64,000 bases of DNA, taken from NCBI GenBank assembly GCA_010093705.1, contig MU006097.1, positions 631,905-695,904 of the forward strand. The letters are read 5' to 3'. Shown one piece after another: positions 11,569 through 23,060 of the stretch. The DNA comes from Patellaria atrata CBS 101060 (taxonomy: Eukaryota). The notes under the pieces are model-generated. The model was not told the origin of the DNA. It worked only from the letters and a program-made list of their open reading frames with translations, and did no database searches. Numbering within the stretch: the stretch's first letter is position 1; each line of letters starts with the position of its first letter. The position numbers were made by a program, and so were the translations under genes.

Positions 11569-13236
11569 ATGGGCAAAGGCACCGATAAACTATACATAAC
11601 GCACTCGGAATGGTCCTCCTCTGACGCATACAGCGCATCCAAAGGCTCCAATGTCTCCAAATCCTCCGCTCCAGATGCATCCTTCAAACGCCTTCCCTTC
11701 AACTTCTGCGCAGTCTCTCTTCAACCCTTCAAAAATCCAGTTTGCACGTCCACCGGCACCATCTTCGACATTGAAAACATCGTCTCATGGCTACAAAAAC
11801 ACCATACGAACCCAGTGGATGGCAAACCGCTCAAGTCCCCCGAGCTCATCAAGCTAAATTTCTCGAAGAATGACGATGGGGAATATGTAGACCCAGTTAC
11901 GTACAAAGTGTTCACGGACAACACGCATATCGTCGCGCTGCGCAACACCGGGAATGTATTCAGCTGGGATACGGTAGAGCGGTTGAACATCAAAGCTAGG
12001 AACTGGCGGGATCTAGTGACAGACGATGAATTCACACGCACGGACATCATCACGTTACAGGATCCGCAGAACGTCGGATCCCGCGATCTCAGCTCGTTCA
12101 AGTACCTCAAAGACGGCGAAGGCGCGCACTCAGCCGAAGCGAAAGACACCAGCAACGTGAACGCAACAGCCCTAGGTAACGCGGGCAAGATCATCAAGGC
12201 GAAAGAAGCAGTCGCCAAAGCCCGCGCCGAGCGCGCCGCGCAAAAAGACCCCAACAGAACCCTTACGACGACCAGAAAAACGACGGCGGGAAGCAACGGC
12301 GCGTCGAAACCGCAATCCCAGAAACCCCTTCCCTACAATGCAGCACAATACACGACCGGCCTCGCCGCTGCCTCCTTCACAAGCACAGGCGTAACCCCCC
12401 ACACCTCCGCCGAACGCGCCACCCTCACAGACGAAGAATACATGCTGAAACCGCGGCGGGTGAAGAACAAAGGCTACGCGCGCCTCTCCACCTCCCACGG
12501 CGAACTCACCGTCGAGCTGCTCCCCGAGTTCGCGCCAAAGGCAGTCTGGAACTTCGTCCGCCTCGCCCAGCTGGGGAAATACCGCGATATCGCTTTCCAC
12601 CGCAACATCCCCAACTTCATGATCCAGGGTGGGGATCCCACGGGCACGGGGAGGGGCGGGCAGAGCGTGTGGGGCGCGCCGTTCGCGGATGAGCTCGAGG
12701 GTCCGCGGGTCCATGAGGGACGCGGTGTGCTGAGTATGGCGAATAAGGGCAAAGATACGAATACGAGTCAGTTCTTCGTCACGTATCGCACCGCGCCGCA
12801 TTTGAACCGGAAACACACCATTTTCGGCCGGGTCGTCGGAGGACTAGAAACCTTGGATCGGTTGGAGAAAGTGGAGACGGATGAGAAGAATAGACCTACG
12901 GGGCGATGTGTGTTGGAGGATGTGGTTGTTTTCGTAGATCCTTTTGAGGAGTTTTTGAAGATGAGGGAGGAGAGCGAGGGCAGGGAGAGGGAGAGGGAGG
13001 AGGTTGGACGGCTGGGTGGTACGGAGGATGATAGGGTTACCTGGACGGGGAAGAGGATTCGACTTGATGGGACGGTGGAGGAGAAGAGGGGAGCTGAGAC
13101 TGTGGGGAGGTATTTGAAGGAGGCGTTGGCAAAGCGGGCGCAGGGGGAAGATGAGATCGTTGGGGAGGAGGGGCGGTACGAAGAACCTGCCAAGAAGAAG
13201 GCGAAGATGGGGTTTGGGAATTTCGATAATTGGTGA
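11569..13236 (+). CDS. cyp8: U-box plus cyclophilin peptidyl-prolyl isomerase-like 2 (PPIL2/Cyp60 type)
   Basis: N-terminus MGKGTDKLYITHSEW; U-box-like LPFNFCAVSLQPFKNPVC; cyclophilin motifs FHRNIPNFMIQGGDPTGTGRGG, LSMANKGKDTNTSQFF, HLNRKHTIFGRVV; ends GFGNFDNW. No intron needed. Confidence 0.95.
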   Translation: MGKGTDKLYITHSEWSSSDAYSASKGSNVSKSSAPDASFKRLPFNFCAVSLQPFKNPVCTSTGTIFDIENIVSWLQKHHTNPVDGKPLKSPELIKLNFSKNDDGEYVDPVTYKVFTDNTHIVALRNTGNVFSWDTVERLNIKARNWRDLVTDDEFTRTDIITLQDPQNVGSRDLSSFKYLKDGEGAHSAEAKDTSNVNATALGNAGKIIKAKEAVAKARAERAAQKDPNRTLTTTRKTTAGSNGASKPQSQKPLPYNAAQYTTGLAAASFTSTGVTPHTSAERATLTDEEYMLKPRRVKNKGYARLSTSHGELTVELLPEFAPKAVWNFVRLAQLGKYRDIAFHRNIPNFMIQGGDPTGTGRGGQSVWGAPFADELEGPRVHEGRGVLSMANKGKDTNTSQFFVTYRTAPHLNRKHTIFGRVVGGLETLDRLEKVETDEKNRPTGRCVLEDVVVFVDPFEEFLKMREESEGREREREEVGRLGGTEDDRVTWTGKRIRLDGTVEEKRGAETVGRYLKEALAKRAQGEDEIVGEEGRYEEPAKKKAKMGFGNFDNW

Positions 13237-13702
13237 GATGGGGATGTACAGCTGGCAAACTGCTGGGTTGGAATCTTTCCCCTCTTATTCTATCCGCCCC
13301 CCGGTTTTTTTTACTTCCAATGCCCCCAACCAACTTACTGCCACTTACGAGAGCTGGTTCCAATCCTCTAGGAGCATACTGTACCACCCTACGTAACGCC
13401 TCTATCCTGCTATCCGGCATCCTTGATTTCCGCTCCTCGCGCCATCTCCCCCCACCCCTTCGATCCCGATCGCTACATCCGTCACCGAAACCGGGATGGT
13501 CCGCGTCCGTGAAGACGTGAGTCATGCCGATGGGACATGTGGGCGTTTTATGCCTTGGTTGTTTTGGGAGACGCGGCTATGTACTCTAGGCGGGTTCGGG
13601 TCGGGTTGATAGGGTTGGAAGTGTGCGAGTGTGGAAATGTGGAGGAGCGGGGTTGTTGTCTCTTCTTCTCTTGCCCTTCTATTGCTTTGGGTCTGGGTCT
13701 GA

Positions 13703-13742
13703 ATGTCTGGATGTCTGGATGTCTGGATGTCTGGATGTCTGG
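13703..13742. repeat. Microsatellite (ATGTCTGG)5
   Basis: Five exact 8-mer copies. Confidence 0.95.
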
Positions 13743-14340
13743 ACACGGTGGAAAAGGGTGTACGGGGGGTTAACTAAGACAGGAATAAGTACCTTTATAC
13801 TAACAAAGCCAGCTAGCAAGTGTAGTCCACCATCTCGCCTCTGATGGCGCGGAGATGGGCGGTATTGTGGTCTGGCGTACCAGTACAATAACGCTTTGAA
13901 GCTGAGCAGTTGAATAGCCAGGGTTTTGTAGATGGATAGATAAATAGCGTCAGTCGATCTAATGTGGTGTACATACCCGTCAGCGGTCTCCAGCCAATCC
14001 GTCAACCCATCATGTCCAGCACATGCAGTAACCTCATCTTCCTATCTTCCCCCAGTTCCTCAGCCTTTATCCTACCACAATCCCCTCCACTCCATCCCAC
14101 CACGCAAACACCCCACCCCGTGCATCCCATCCCGCCTCTACTTCCATCCGCCTCCTCCGTTAACAACACAAAGGGGGAGAGGGGCAAGTCGTATCTGAGT
14201 TTTCTTTTTGTGAAGGGGGGGGGGAGGGGGGCGGGGGTTTGCGACTCACTCGGTGGAGACGAGCGGGGGAGATGAGATATAGGAATGGGGTTGGTTGCTT
14301 ACCTTTATCTGACCCATCTGCGCTCGTGGAAAGCTGGGTT

Positions 14341-14438
14341 TAAAAAGACGCAAAAGAGAAGAAAGGAAGATAGAAGACAAAAACGAAAAAGAAAAAAAAA
14401 AGAAAAAAAGGAGAAAAGGAAAAGGAAAAAGGAAAAGG
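14341..14438. repeat. A/G-rich polypurine low-complexity tract
   Basis: Nearly uninterrupted A-runs punctuated by G. Confidence 0.8.
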
Positions 14439-15405
14439 ATCGCAAACCCTATCCCATAATCCACAATAACATCAAAAGAGAAAACAACAGTCCAATCCTG
14501 CAGAGCTGTATCCGTACACATGGGGACCTATACATCCCACCCCAAATACCTTATAACAAACATCGGTACGCAGTCACAGTTCAGGTTGTCCTGTTAACAA
14601 CGCACTTCAGCTCAGTGTAGCTGTATCGATATCTCCCCAGCTCAGCTGACAGGGGGAAATACATTAGTAAAACCACCCATCGAAAACTTTCCAAAAACAA
14701 TCCTTCATAGCTACATTTCCCAGTTGAAGCAAAAAAGACTGATGTGATGCTGACAGTTGGAGTTAGAAAGGTATGAGGGGTTATCAAGGTACTTGTGCTG
14801 TAGACTACATCACGTGTAAGCATTTTCAAGCAACAACACCCCTTCCCTAACAAAAAATTCACAAGAGAAGAAAAAAAAGTCAGATTCAATAGGCAATTTC
14901 GCAATTTGAATTTCCGACACCGATAATCTAGGGTCCCTTCCGATACCACTGAGTTTTCCCACCGCAAGAGCCGAAGACCCTCCACCACATACTTCCCCAT
15001 CGCTGAAAAGCGATATAATCCTATATACAAGGGGGCAAAAGGGATAAAACGCCATTTGGAAGCCTGTGAGGCTATGCCATGCTTGTCTGTGTTATCGCCT
15101 GTACAAACGCCTCGCTAATGCAAACCTTCAACAAGAAAACCTAGAAAGACTCCAGAAACAAAAAAAACTTAAAGAGGGCATGGAAAGTCTAGAGGAGCCC
15201 GGTGATACGATCAATAGGATCAGAAGGGGCTCTGATGCAATGCAGAATATGCTGTAACGCAAGATATAAACCCTCCGATGCAAGACTGACCAAAGAAAGG
15301 TTTGAGCATAAAGCTCGTAGAGTTAAAAAGAGTAATGTAAATATGGTACAGAGAAGAGATGAAGAGGACTTGACAGCTCGGGAAGGAATGAGGAGTCACA
15401 AAGTT

Positions 15406-17503
15406 TTAGCGGCTGAAGTTTGGTTGAGGAATTGGTGGTAGAGTTATATCCGTCCATTGATTGAATTGATTCGATTGGGGCCAAGCTTCATGATGCATAT
15501 ATGGTAGCACTCCCATTCTAGTCTCATTTTGTCTACCCAAGGGATGGTATTGCATCTGATCTTGGTGAATATGGTTAGGTGCATTCTGCACCGAAGCTGA
15601 AGGAGGTGGTACGAGCAATGTTGTTACTCCACGGACAGGTCGATATGGAGAATTGCGTTGTGAAAGGAAGAAGTTGGGTGAGAGTTGGTTTTGATTTTGA
15701 CCGTGCATAGGTTGATAGGATGCACTCGTTGGGGAGTTACCAGTCGATCCTGGAAATGGACTTGCTTGACGTGAACGAGAACCGAATACACCATTAGGTG
15801 GAAACTGAGAAATTGGTGTTGTCGTGGGAGCAGGTGTTGGTACATTCTGTGGTGGTTGAGACCATTGTACTGGAGGAGGGTAAACGAGAGACATTGCTCT
15901 TGCTCCAGGATGTGGTAAATGTGGTCCCGACTGAACAGTAATTGGACCGCTTTGAGTATGAGGAATGGCAAGATTTGGTAGAGGAAGTCTTGGAGGGGCC
16001 GGACCTTGATGAGTAGGTATCATTGCGGTAGAGGGATACTGTTGAGTAAAGCTTCGAACTGATCTCTTTGCTGGTGGCTCCAACCCTTCATCACAACTCC
16101 TCTTTCTGCTGTTCATCCTAAAATCAAGTTCTGGTAGCGGTCCAATGGGGGATACGGCAGCTGAAGTAACCTGAGGGAGGATCAAGGGAGTATTCGAAAA
16201 CGTTGGCGGATTTGGTGAGTAGTTTGCGAGGACTGGTGGGGATGCGTGATTGGAATTAGGTGGAGATGGTAGATGGGGAGGGATGTGTAAGGTTGGAGTT
16301 GGTGGACCACCGATTTTAGCAACCTCCTGCACTCTTGATGCCTTATCAAAGAATGTGCCAAATTTTCCGAGGGTATCATGCCATTCCTTCCATTCAGTCT
16401 CCGAAGTGAAAAGACTATATCTCATGTTGCTGAGGAATTCTACCTCCATAATGTGAACTTCCTGTACAGAAATCCCGGAAACTTCGGCCCACGTTTTGTT
16501 TGTGTAAGTGTTATCGTCCAGAACTAATCGTAGAATCAGTGATCCTGTCTTTTAGATACAGATTTGTGAGTACCTACATTTATTGCCTAACATTAAGGCA
16601 ACAGTTAACAACCTGTATTCACTTCCCGGTTTACCCTTTACAGTAGGATTTATCTTTTTTAGTCGATAGATGAAAAGTAAGGCGAGGAGGATGACATTTT
16701 GGGCCACCTGAGTGACTGAGAGAATGGTCGTCACCCATTTTCGAAATCCAGTTGTTGGGATGGCATCAGGAACAAGTGAAGCGATAGCCATGTGGGCAGC
16801 CCTAGGATCGAGTACTTGGTTCAAGGTGCTGGAATTTTCAAACCAGAAGAGACATGTAATCTGAGGACTGGTTAGTAAACGAGTAATCGTGCAACATTGA
16901 GTCACATACTTCTGCAGCAAGCTGAGGAATTCCTCCCTGAGGAGTTCGGATGGTAGGAGGAATCTGAAGTGAAGGTGCTATGGCATTAGTAGAGGGTTTT
17001 CGTCGATGTGAGGCTTCCGAGGCGGAAGAAGAAATTAGTCGTTGAGAGGTTGGACTAGAAGGACGGGTTTTACTATTGTAACCATTTTGCCCAGATCGGC
17101 CATAGGATGCGAGGGTCGAGCTATTGTAAACTTCCAAAGGTCTGGAGGGTGCTCGTTGAAAAGAGAGAAGCGGGTCTGCTCGTAAAGCTCCACGAGCTGA
17201 AATCATATCGTCTTCTCTTGATCCTCCTTGATGATTGTACTGTGCCGCCCTCTGTCCCCCATAAGACCCATTCATTTCCGTTGGAGGTGTCAATGTTCGA
17301 GGAAGTTGAAATCCTGAGGAGAGAGACGAAGAATTGAAGCTTGTTCGTGGTGGGGGTAGGGATAGGTGCGGTTGCGGTTGCGGTTGCGGTTGCAGTTGCG
17401 GTTGCTCGAACTTGCTCCGAGGATTTCGAGAATGGAAAGAGTCAAAGGCTCGATCCAACGCAACTGCGTGAGGCATTGGGTGTGGTAAGTGAAGGTCCAA
17501 CAT
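15406..17503 (-). CDS. Pcl/Clg1-type cyclin-like protein, ~664 aa; exons 17503-16910, 16860-16578, 16523-15406
   Basis: Cyclin box: [83 protein letters not shown]. Both introns are canonical and give a 1995-nt frame. Pro/Ser-rich tails include a (QP)n repeat. Confidence 0.88.
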
Positions 17504-18540
17504 AGAGCAAGGCTCTCCAGAGGTCCTGTAGAAAGGGAATCCTAGTGGAAGGTTATGGAAGGACCGGTCAGGTGAAAGTTCGGATGCTGTGATATCGACG
17601 ATAAAGAGTTCACGACATTGCCAGAATTAGAGCTCCCAAAAGGTGAGGACGGATCCAGCGTCTCGTTCCTTTCAATTGTCAAGGAAAAGGCCAGGTAGGC
17701 AGCAGGTTTTGATGCTGAAGCAAGGAGAGAGAAATGATGTGGAAGGTATGTCGGCACAAATATGGGAATGGGCAGTCCAGTGCCACGCTAGCGGGAGGAG
17801 AGGTTGAGTTTGAAGTCTTGAGTCTTTTTGTGCAGTATTAAAAAGCAGTGAGTGCAACGTGAAAGTGGGCTTTTTGGTAATTGTGGAAGTGAAAAGGATA
17901 AATAAGGTTAGTTGGGGGGTAGATTAAAGGTTGAGGAAGGTTTTAGGAAGGAAGCATTGGATGCACCAAGGAGTGTGGTCAAGTTGAAGGTGTGTAGTGT
18001 AAGGTGAGGTAAGGTAGTCTATGTATGTACATCCATGATACGGTATGGTAAGGTATGTACGAACTAATAAAGGTAGTCTGAGCTCAGTCATGTCATTGTG
18101 AGAGACGGGAGAAGAGGCGCCTCGCTATCCGCATGCACGTGTAGGTAAGGTATGTTAGCATGTAATTTTTGACAAGCATTACGGAAAGCGGAGCAGGGCA
18201 AGTGTTCGGTTTCGATAAATAAAAAAAACAAAGAAAAGGAACATTTATTCAAGGAGAAGATGACTACGTACATGGTGGACCATTTGTGCTCATTATTGTG
18301 CCCGTTGTGCTCTCAAACCCTCATACCTTCATACGCTCATCATACGCCGCATCACACGTCCCCTTGATCCAAGGTCCAAGTGATCCAAGGAAAAACAAAA
18401 AAGTAGGTTCATATCTTACGGGGACCATGCGTAATTAATCGGAAAGTTCCAGGGCCATTTTTTCTTCAGTAGTATGGTATGTTTAGGACTATCTTATTTA
18501 GGAGGCGAGGGGGATGCATCAAGAACATGGGATGATTTGA

Positions 18541-18573
18541 TGGGAATTATGGGATTATGGGATTATGGGATTA
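18541..18573. repeat. Short tandem repeat (TGGGATTA)3-4
   Basis: Exact copies at 18550, 18558 and 18566 plus one degenerate copy. Confidence 0.85.
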
Positions 18574-18928
18574 TTGGGGAAAACGAAACGAGGTAACGAG
18601 GTTAACGAGCTTTTACGAGGAAGGAAACCACGCCCCACCAAAGAGGCTGATGCCAAAACGAGCGTTTAGCGTGGTAATGTGGATTCTTTACTTGGATTCA
18701 CGGCTTCTAGGGATCTCAAGGTTGATGTCAGAAGTCAGAAACTCAAGAAGCACCAACGCTGCGGACTGCAATCTACCACTCCAGGACTAGGCATGGTGCG
18801 GAATTGAGGGATGGATTCATGGATTCATGTTTTCATGGATTACTGTATTCATGGATGTGATGGCCGGATGGATTTCTGAAGATGGGGAGTCTTTCCCACC
18901 AATCCGCGAAACCACGGCTACATACCTG

Positions 18929-18963
18929 ACTAGAAACTACCTTGGACTAAGGTAGTTTCTAGT
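18929..18963. repeat. Perfect 15-bp inverted repeat with a 5-nt loop
   Basis: ACTAGAAACTACCTT-ggact-AAGGTAGTTTCTAGT. Confidence 0.9.
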
Positions 18964-19664
18964 AGTAGGTCACCGAAAGTGTGTGCTTAAAACTCCTAAC
19001 TACGCTTTTTGAATCAATGAGCATGCTTCGTCTAAAAAATCTTTCTTTCTTTCTTTGCAACTCATCAAACTTACAGAAACGCGGATGACTACGGGCAACC
19101 ACCTCAAATTCATTAACGGCTTATTGGTTACTACTTCAGCCTCCAGCTTGCTACCTAACAAGCCTACAACTCAGCCATTTTGCAAGCAAGCAAATAAATG
19201 ACACACTAAACTATCTATGTACTTTGTCTCGTGCAAAGTGGCTCCGCTACCATCTTCAGCAGGACAGACATGTACGCGGCGTAGTATCGACGAAAGAAGA
19301 GTACGCTGCACACGGCTCAAGGCCCATACGGAGACAAGAAACACGGACAGCACAGCACAAGGAACAAGGCAGTACAGAAGGCACAAGCATTTTTGCAGTA
19401 ACAAGCCGAGATCCAACAACAGACAACATCCCCGAAAGCAGCAGACCTCTTTCATCAATCATGTGTGCGTGTTGTGTGTGAGTGTGTGTCAGTCTGTGTG
19501 TGTCAGTCTGTGTGTGAGATGATGGGCAAGCCGCAGGAAAAGGAGGCAAATAATAATCAATAATAATGATACAGTAGTCCCTTGAAAAAAAAAGTCATGG
19601 CATTTTGGCGGGACACCGATAAACGCGGCGTTCCGTGGGATTTTGATTCAACCTACCGCTACCC

Positions 19665-19715
19665 GTACAGTACAGCACAGTACGCACAGTACAGCACAGT
19701 ACAGTACAGTACAGT
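19665..19715. repeat. Degenerate pentanucleotide repeat (ACAGT/ACAGC)n
   Basis: gtacagtacagcacagtacgcacagtacagcacagtacagtacagtacagt. Confidence 0.85.
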
Positions 19716-22700
19716 GTGTATCAATAAATTTGCTGCTAACGGTGGTGAGAAGCCTCACACCCCCCAGCCGCGGGGTCTTTGGGCTTGTGAAGTTTGTGAG
19801 CCCTCTGGCGGCCCTGCACGCCCGTAGCTTCTGGAGTGAGGGGGGCGATTGTCATGGATGATGCTGCAGTCCATGGATCATGACCAGTAAAGTTAGCACT
19901 TTAACAACCATCTGCGACCTCGAATCTTGTATCCGCATTATGCTGCGTCTGCTATCTTGGTACAACAACAAGTAAAGTTTGGTGTGCACTGGTGTCGGAT
20001 CTCGAATCGAGCGAAGCGGAGGCTTGCGTCGCTGATGCCGACGGGATTTGCTGCTGAAATGCTGATGTGATAGAGTAGCAGAGAGTCATAGCACCTAGAG
20101 GAATATAGATGCGCCCGAGACTCACGGCGGGCGTGGCCTTCGACCACTAGCAATCAAGAATAGAAACGAGATTCACCTCTCGTTCACCTGTTGCAGATTA
20201 CTCGGGTCCACTATCATGGGTTCACGGAGTGTGCGCGTCTTTCGTCCCGCATATCAAAAAGATTGAGAATAATGAGATGCTGGCCTGCTGGCTTTTCCCA
20301 TGTGCACCGGAAAACAAGCAACTCTCAGGCAGGCCAGACTAACAAAGCAAATCAACTTCACCACCGCCGCACTTCTCTCAGCCGGCTTCTTCAGATCCTG
20401 TACGAATCGGGCCTTGATTGGCTTCCGATAGACCGCGGCGCTACGAATGCCAGTGAATCAGTGAATAATGCTTCCTTTTGGAAGCGTTTTTGGGGGCGCT
20501 CTTTGTCTCTTCCAGTCTTCCTGAATTCCTGAAATTCCTGCGTTGGCAGGCTGCAGGCAAACCATGGCTGGGCGGTCAGCCAACGGTTTCCAAGCTTGGG
20601 ACTTTACCAGCTAGAAAGGGTTCAAAACTTCAAATTCGACCTTGTAGGCTTGTTCCAGCCTGTACACACCTGTACTTCCATAAGAATAGCCTTTTTTCGG
20701 CCAAAATAGATCCCTAGCTTTAAGGCGGAGAGACCCATGTCACAATAATGCTATTCGACGAGACTCCTATCTTTTCTTTCCACTTCACTAGTCCCTTTTC
20801 TGACAATACTCCACAGACACGTACTGCTTCAATATCGCTGATGATTTCAGGATTGATGATTGATACTGATGCTTTATGGTATCCGACCGGACCATACCGT
20901 ACGTGGTGCAAATAGATAGGAGAGTCTTTGTCCTCTGCGTAACGATGAACACCCCACGTTAGGTCATTGGGCAAGCCTCCGGAAAGAGTCGCTCAACGTC
21001 CAGGCAGGATTCGATGAAGAACGAGCCAGTTGAAACGCGTTAAAGGTTGAGAGAGGCAAGCCAGGCGGAAAAGGGTTTGAAAAGATGGAATGAGATGGCG
21101 AGTTGTGTGCATCATTCCGTCGATACATTTTCGGTTTGATTTGCCCACTTCAACCGCTGACTCCCTGGTTGACTGTTGAATAATGGTTGCACTCAACTTT
21201 GACGAAACATCTTGCTTGCGGCCAACGCTTTCATCGCCGCTGTGTTTCGTTCCTCGCAAATAAGAGTCAATACGAAGGTGCCGCCATGTGGCTCTCCGGC
21301 TCTTATTGCTGTCTTAGCTAAAGTCATCTATTTCCGAGCCCAACCGTGTTAGAAGATGTTGCTGATCCAAATCCTCTTTTTGCAAATTTGCATCTTCGAG
21401 GCTCGGCCTGCGAGTGCTTGAAAAACCTACGATTGCGTAGACGAGTTAATGAACGGCTGATCATCCAATCACAGAGAGACTTTGACCGGACCAAGAGGCC
21501 ACACTTGAAGAGAAAGAGGCCATAAAATAATAATGTGCAAGGTCTCCAAGATGAAGCAAAGGGCTTACCCATCCCTGCGAAACACGTATCGATATGATCG
21601 CGACCGACTTTGTGCTGCCTTTCCTCGACCCTGTCTCCGAGCTCTTCCCAGAACTAGATCTAGGGGTGGCCGCCGCCTTCTGGCTTCAGCTACAAAAGGT
21701 AAAAAGCCGTCGTTAGCAATTAGTTATATCTAATTAGATAGCCTGACGCGACTGCAGGAGGGCCTAACCATAAACTCTGTTAAACCAAGGTCTCTTCTGC
21801 ATACTCGGTGAGTTCTGATCATCAAGATACGGAAAAGTAACTCTTTGTACATTGCGAGGCTGGTGCCGCTATGCGCTCGGCTAACGTGATATCTATGGTG
21901 CCACTACTGAGTCTCTCAAACTCTCCCTTGCTCCATGAGGTTTTTCCTCATTAGCTGTGGCTTCTGAAACTCCCAGTCTTGCATCAACATCATTCTCGTA
22001 CCTCAATGATGACCACAAGGTCGGACCAATACGGAACGTCACAGGCTTTCATTCACAGATCATCCAAAGTTCCATGATTAACCGCAAGCGGCGCGTCAGC
22101 AACGAAAGGGACACAAGTCCTAAACCACGAAGATATCCATGCAGGTGGAATCACGACGATAGCGAAATTTGGCCCATGAGCTCGGCGTCGATAGATTTAC
22201 CTTACCTACTCCTGCTGGGCGTTAGGTGTCCAAAACTTCAAGAGGCACAGCGGCGGCTGGCAAGTCCCATGCAACCATAACGATTAGATGGGCAGCTGAT
22301 GTTGTCGTCTTCCCCGACTGATAATCACTGATTAACAAGGTGCGAGGCGTAAGCATTAACCGATGTTGACTGGTTACAGTCGGGTAGACTAGAGTTTGCA
22401 AGAAGGATCGTCCAGTCCAGGTTGTTGGGCTGTACAAGTTCATGATGATACCTTTGTCTAAGGTATTATGTCTTTGACAGAGAGTCATGATCAACCAGCA
22501 TCCGAAGCGATCAAGCTACGGTAAACTCTCATATTTACCTCGGAGAAGTCAGGCAGACAGTTTGAGAGGCCAGACGAGAAAGAATGGTTGCAAATGACAG
22601 GTTAAATCACGCTGGAGGTGCGTTGATGCGTTCCCGTGCGCGTATTGTAGAACTATAACTACAAAACGGGCTATGCCAAATGAAGGCATTTAAGTGCTTG

Positions 22701-23042
22701 CATGGAGGGGTATCTTAAGAGTGACCGAAATGGTCTCGGGCTCTTGGGATCATCGTCATTGACGGGCCTCATGTCCTTAACACCACAATAAGACTTAGAC
22801 CATCGGCTATTATTCTGCAGGCAGGCAAGGAGACTACACTACTGTAATCCAGATATCCCTGAAGAAGAAATCATTGTTTTTCTCGCCCTTTGAACAAGAC
22901 AACAGCCTCCCGGACGCATGAAGACGCTTACAGTTGAGACCAATAGAAGATACCCTTGCAAATAGCTAGATTCACAACATCTCAGCGACTATCAAACGGA
23001 ACGGAGGCAATCCTATAATGCAAGCAGCATGGACCGTTACCT

Positions 23043-23060
23043 TACTACTACTACTACTAC
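23043..23060. repeat. (TAC)6 microsatellite
   Basis: Six TAC copies. Confidence 0.85.

Noticed and set aside
11721..13193. Long antisense ORFs over the cyclophilin gene (similar ones overlie ASH2, MRPL10 and rhomboid)
   Set aside because: They are shadows of GC-rich codon usage on the coding strand and carry no recognisable motifs.
14246..14620. Lys/Arg-rich and Phe-rich ORFs
   Set aside because: They are translations of the polypurine tract.
18541..18573. Telomere-like repeat
   Set aside because: The unit is TGGGATTA rather than TTAGGG, with only 3-4 internal copies; an ordinary microsatellite.
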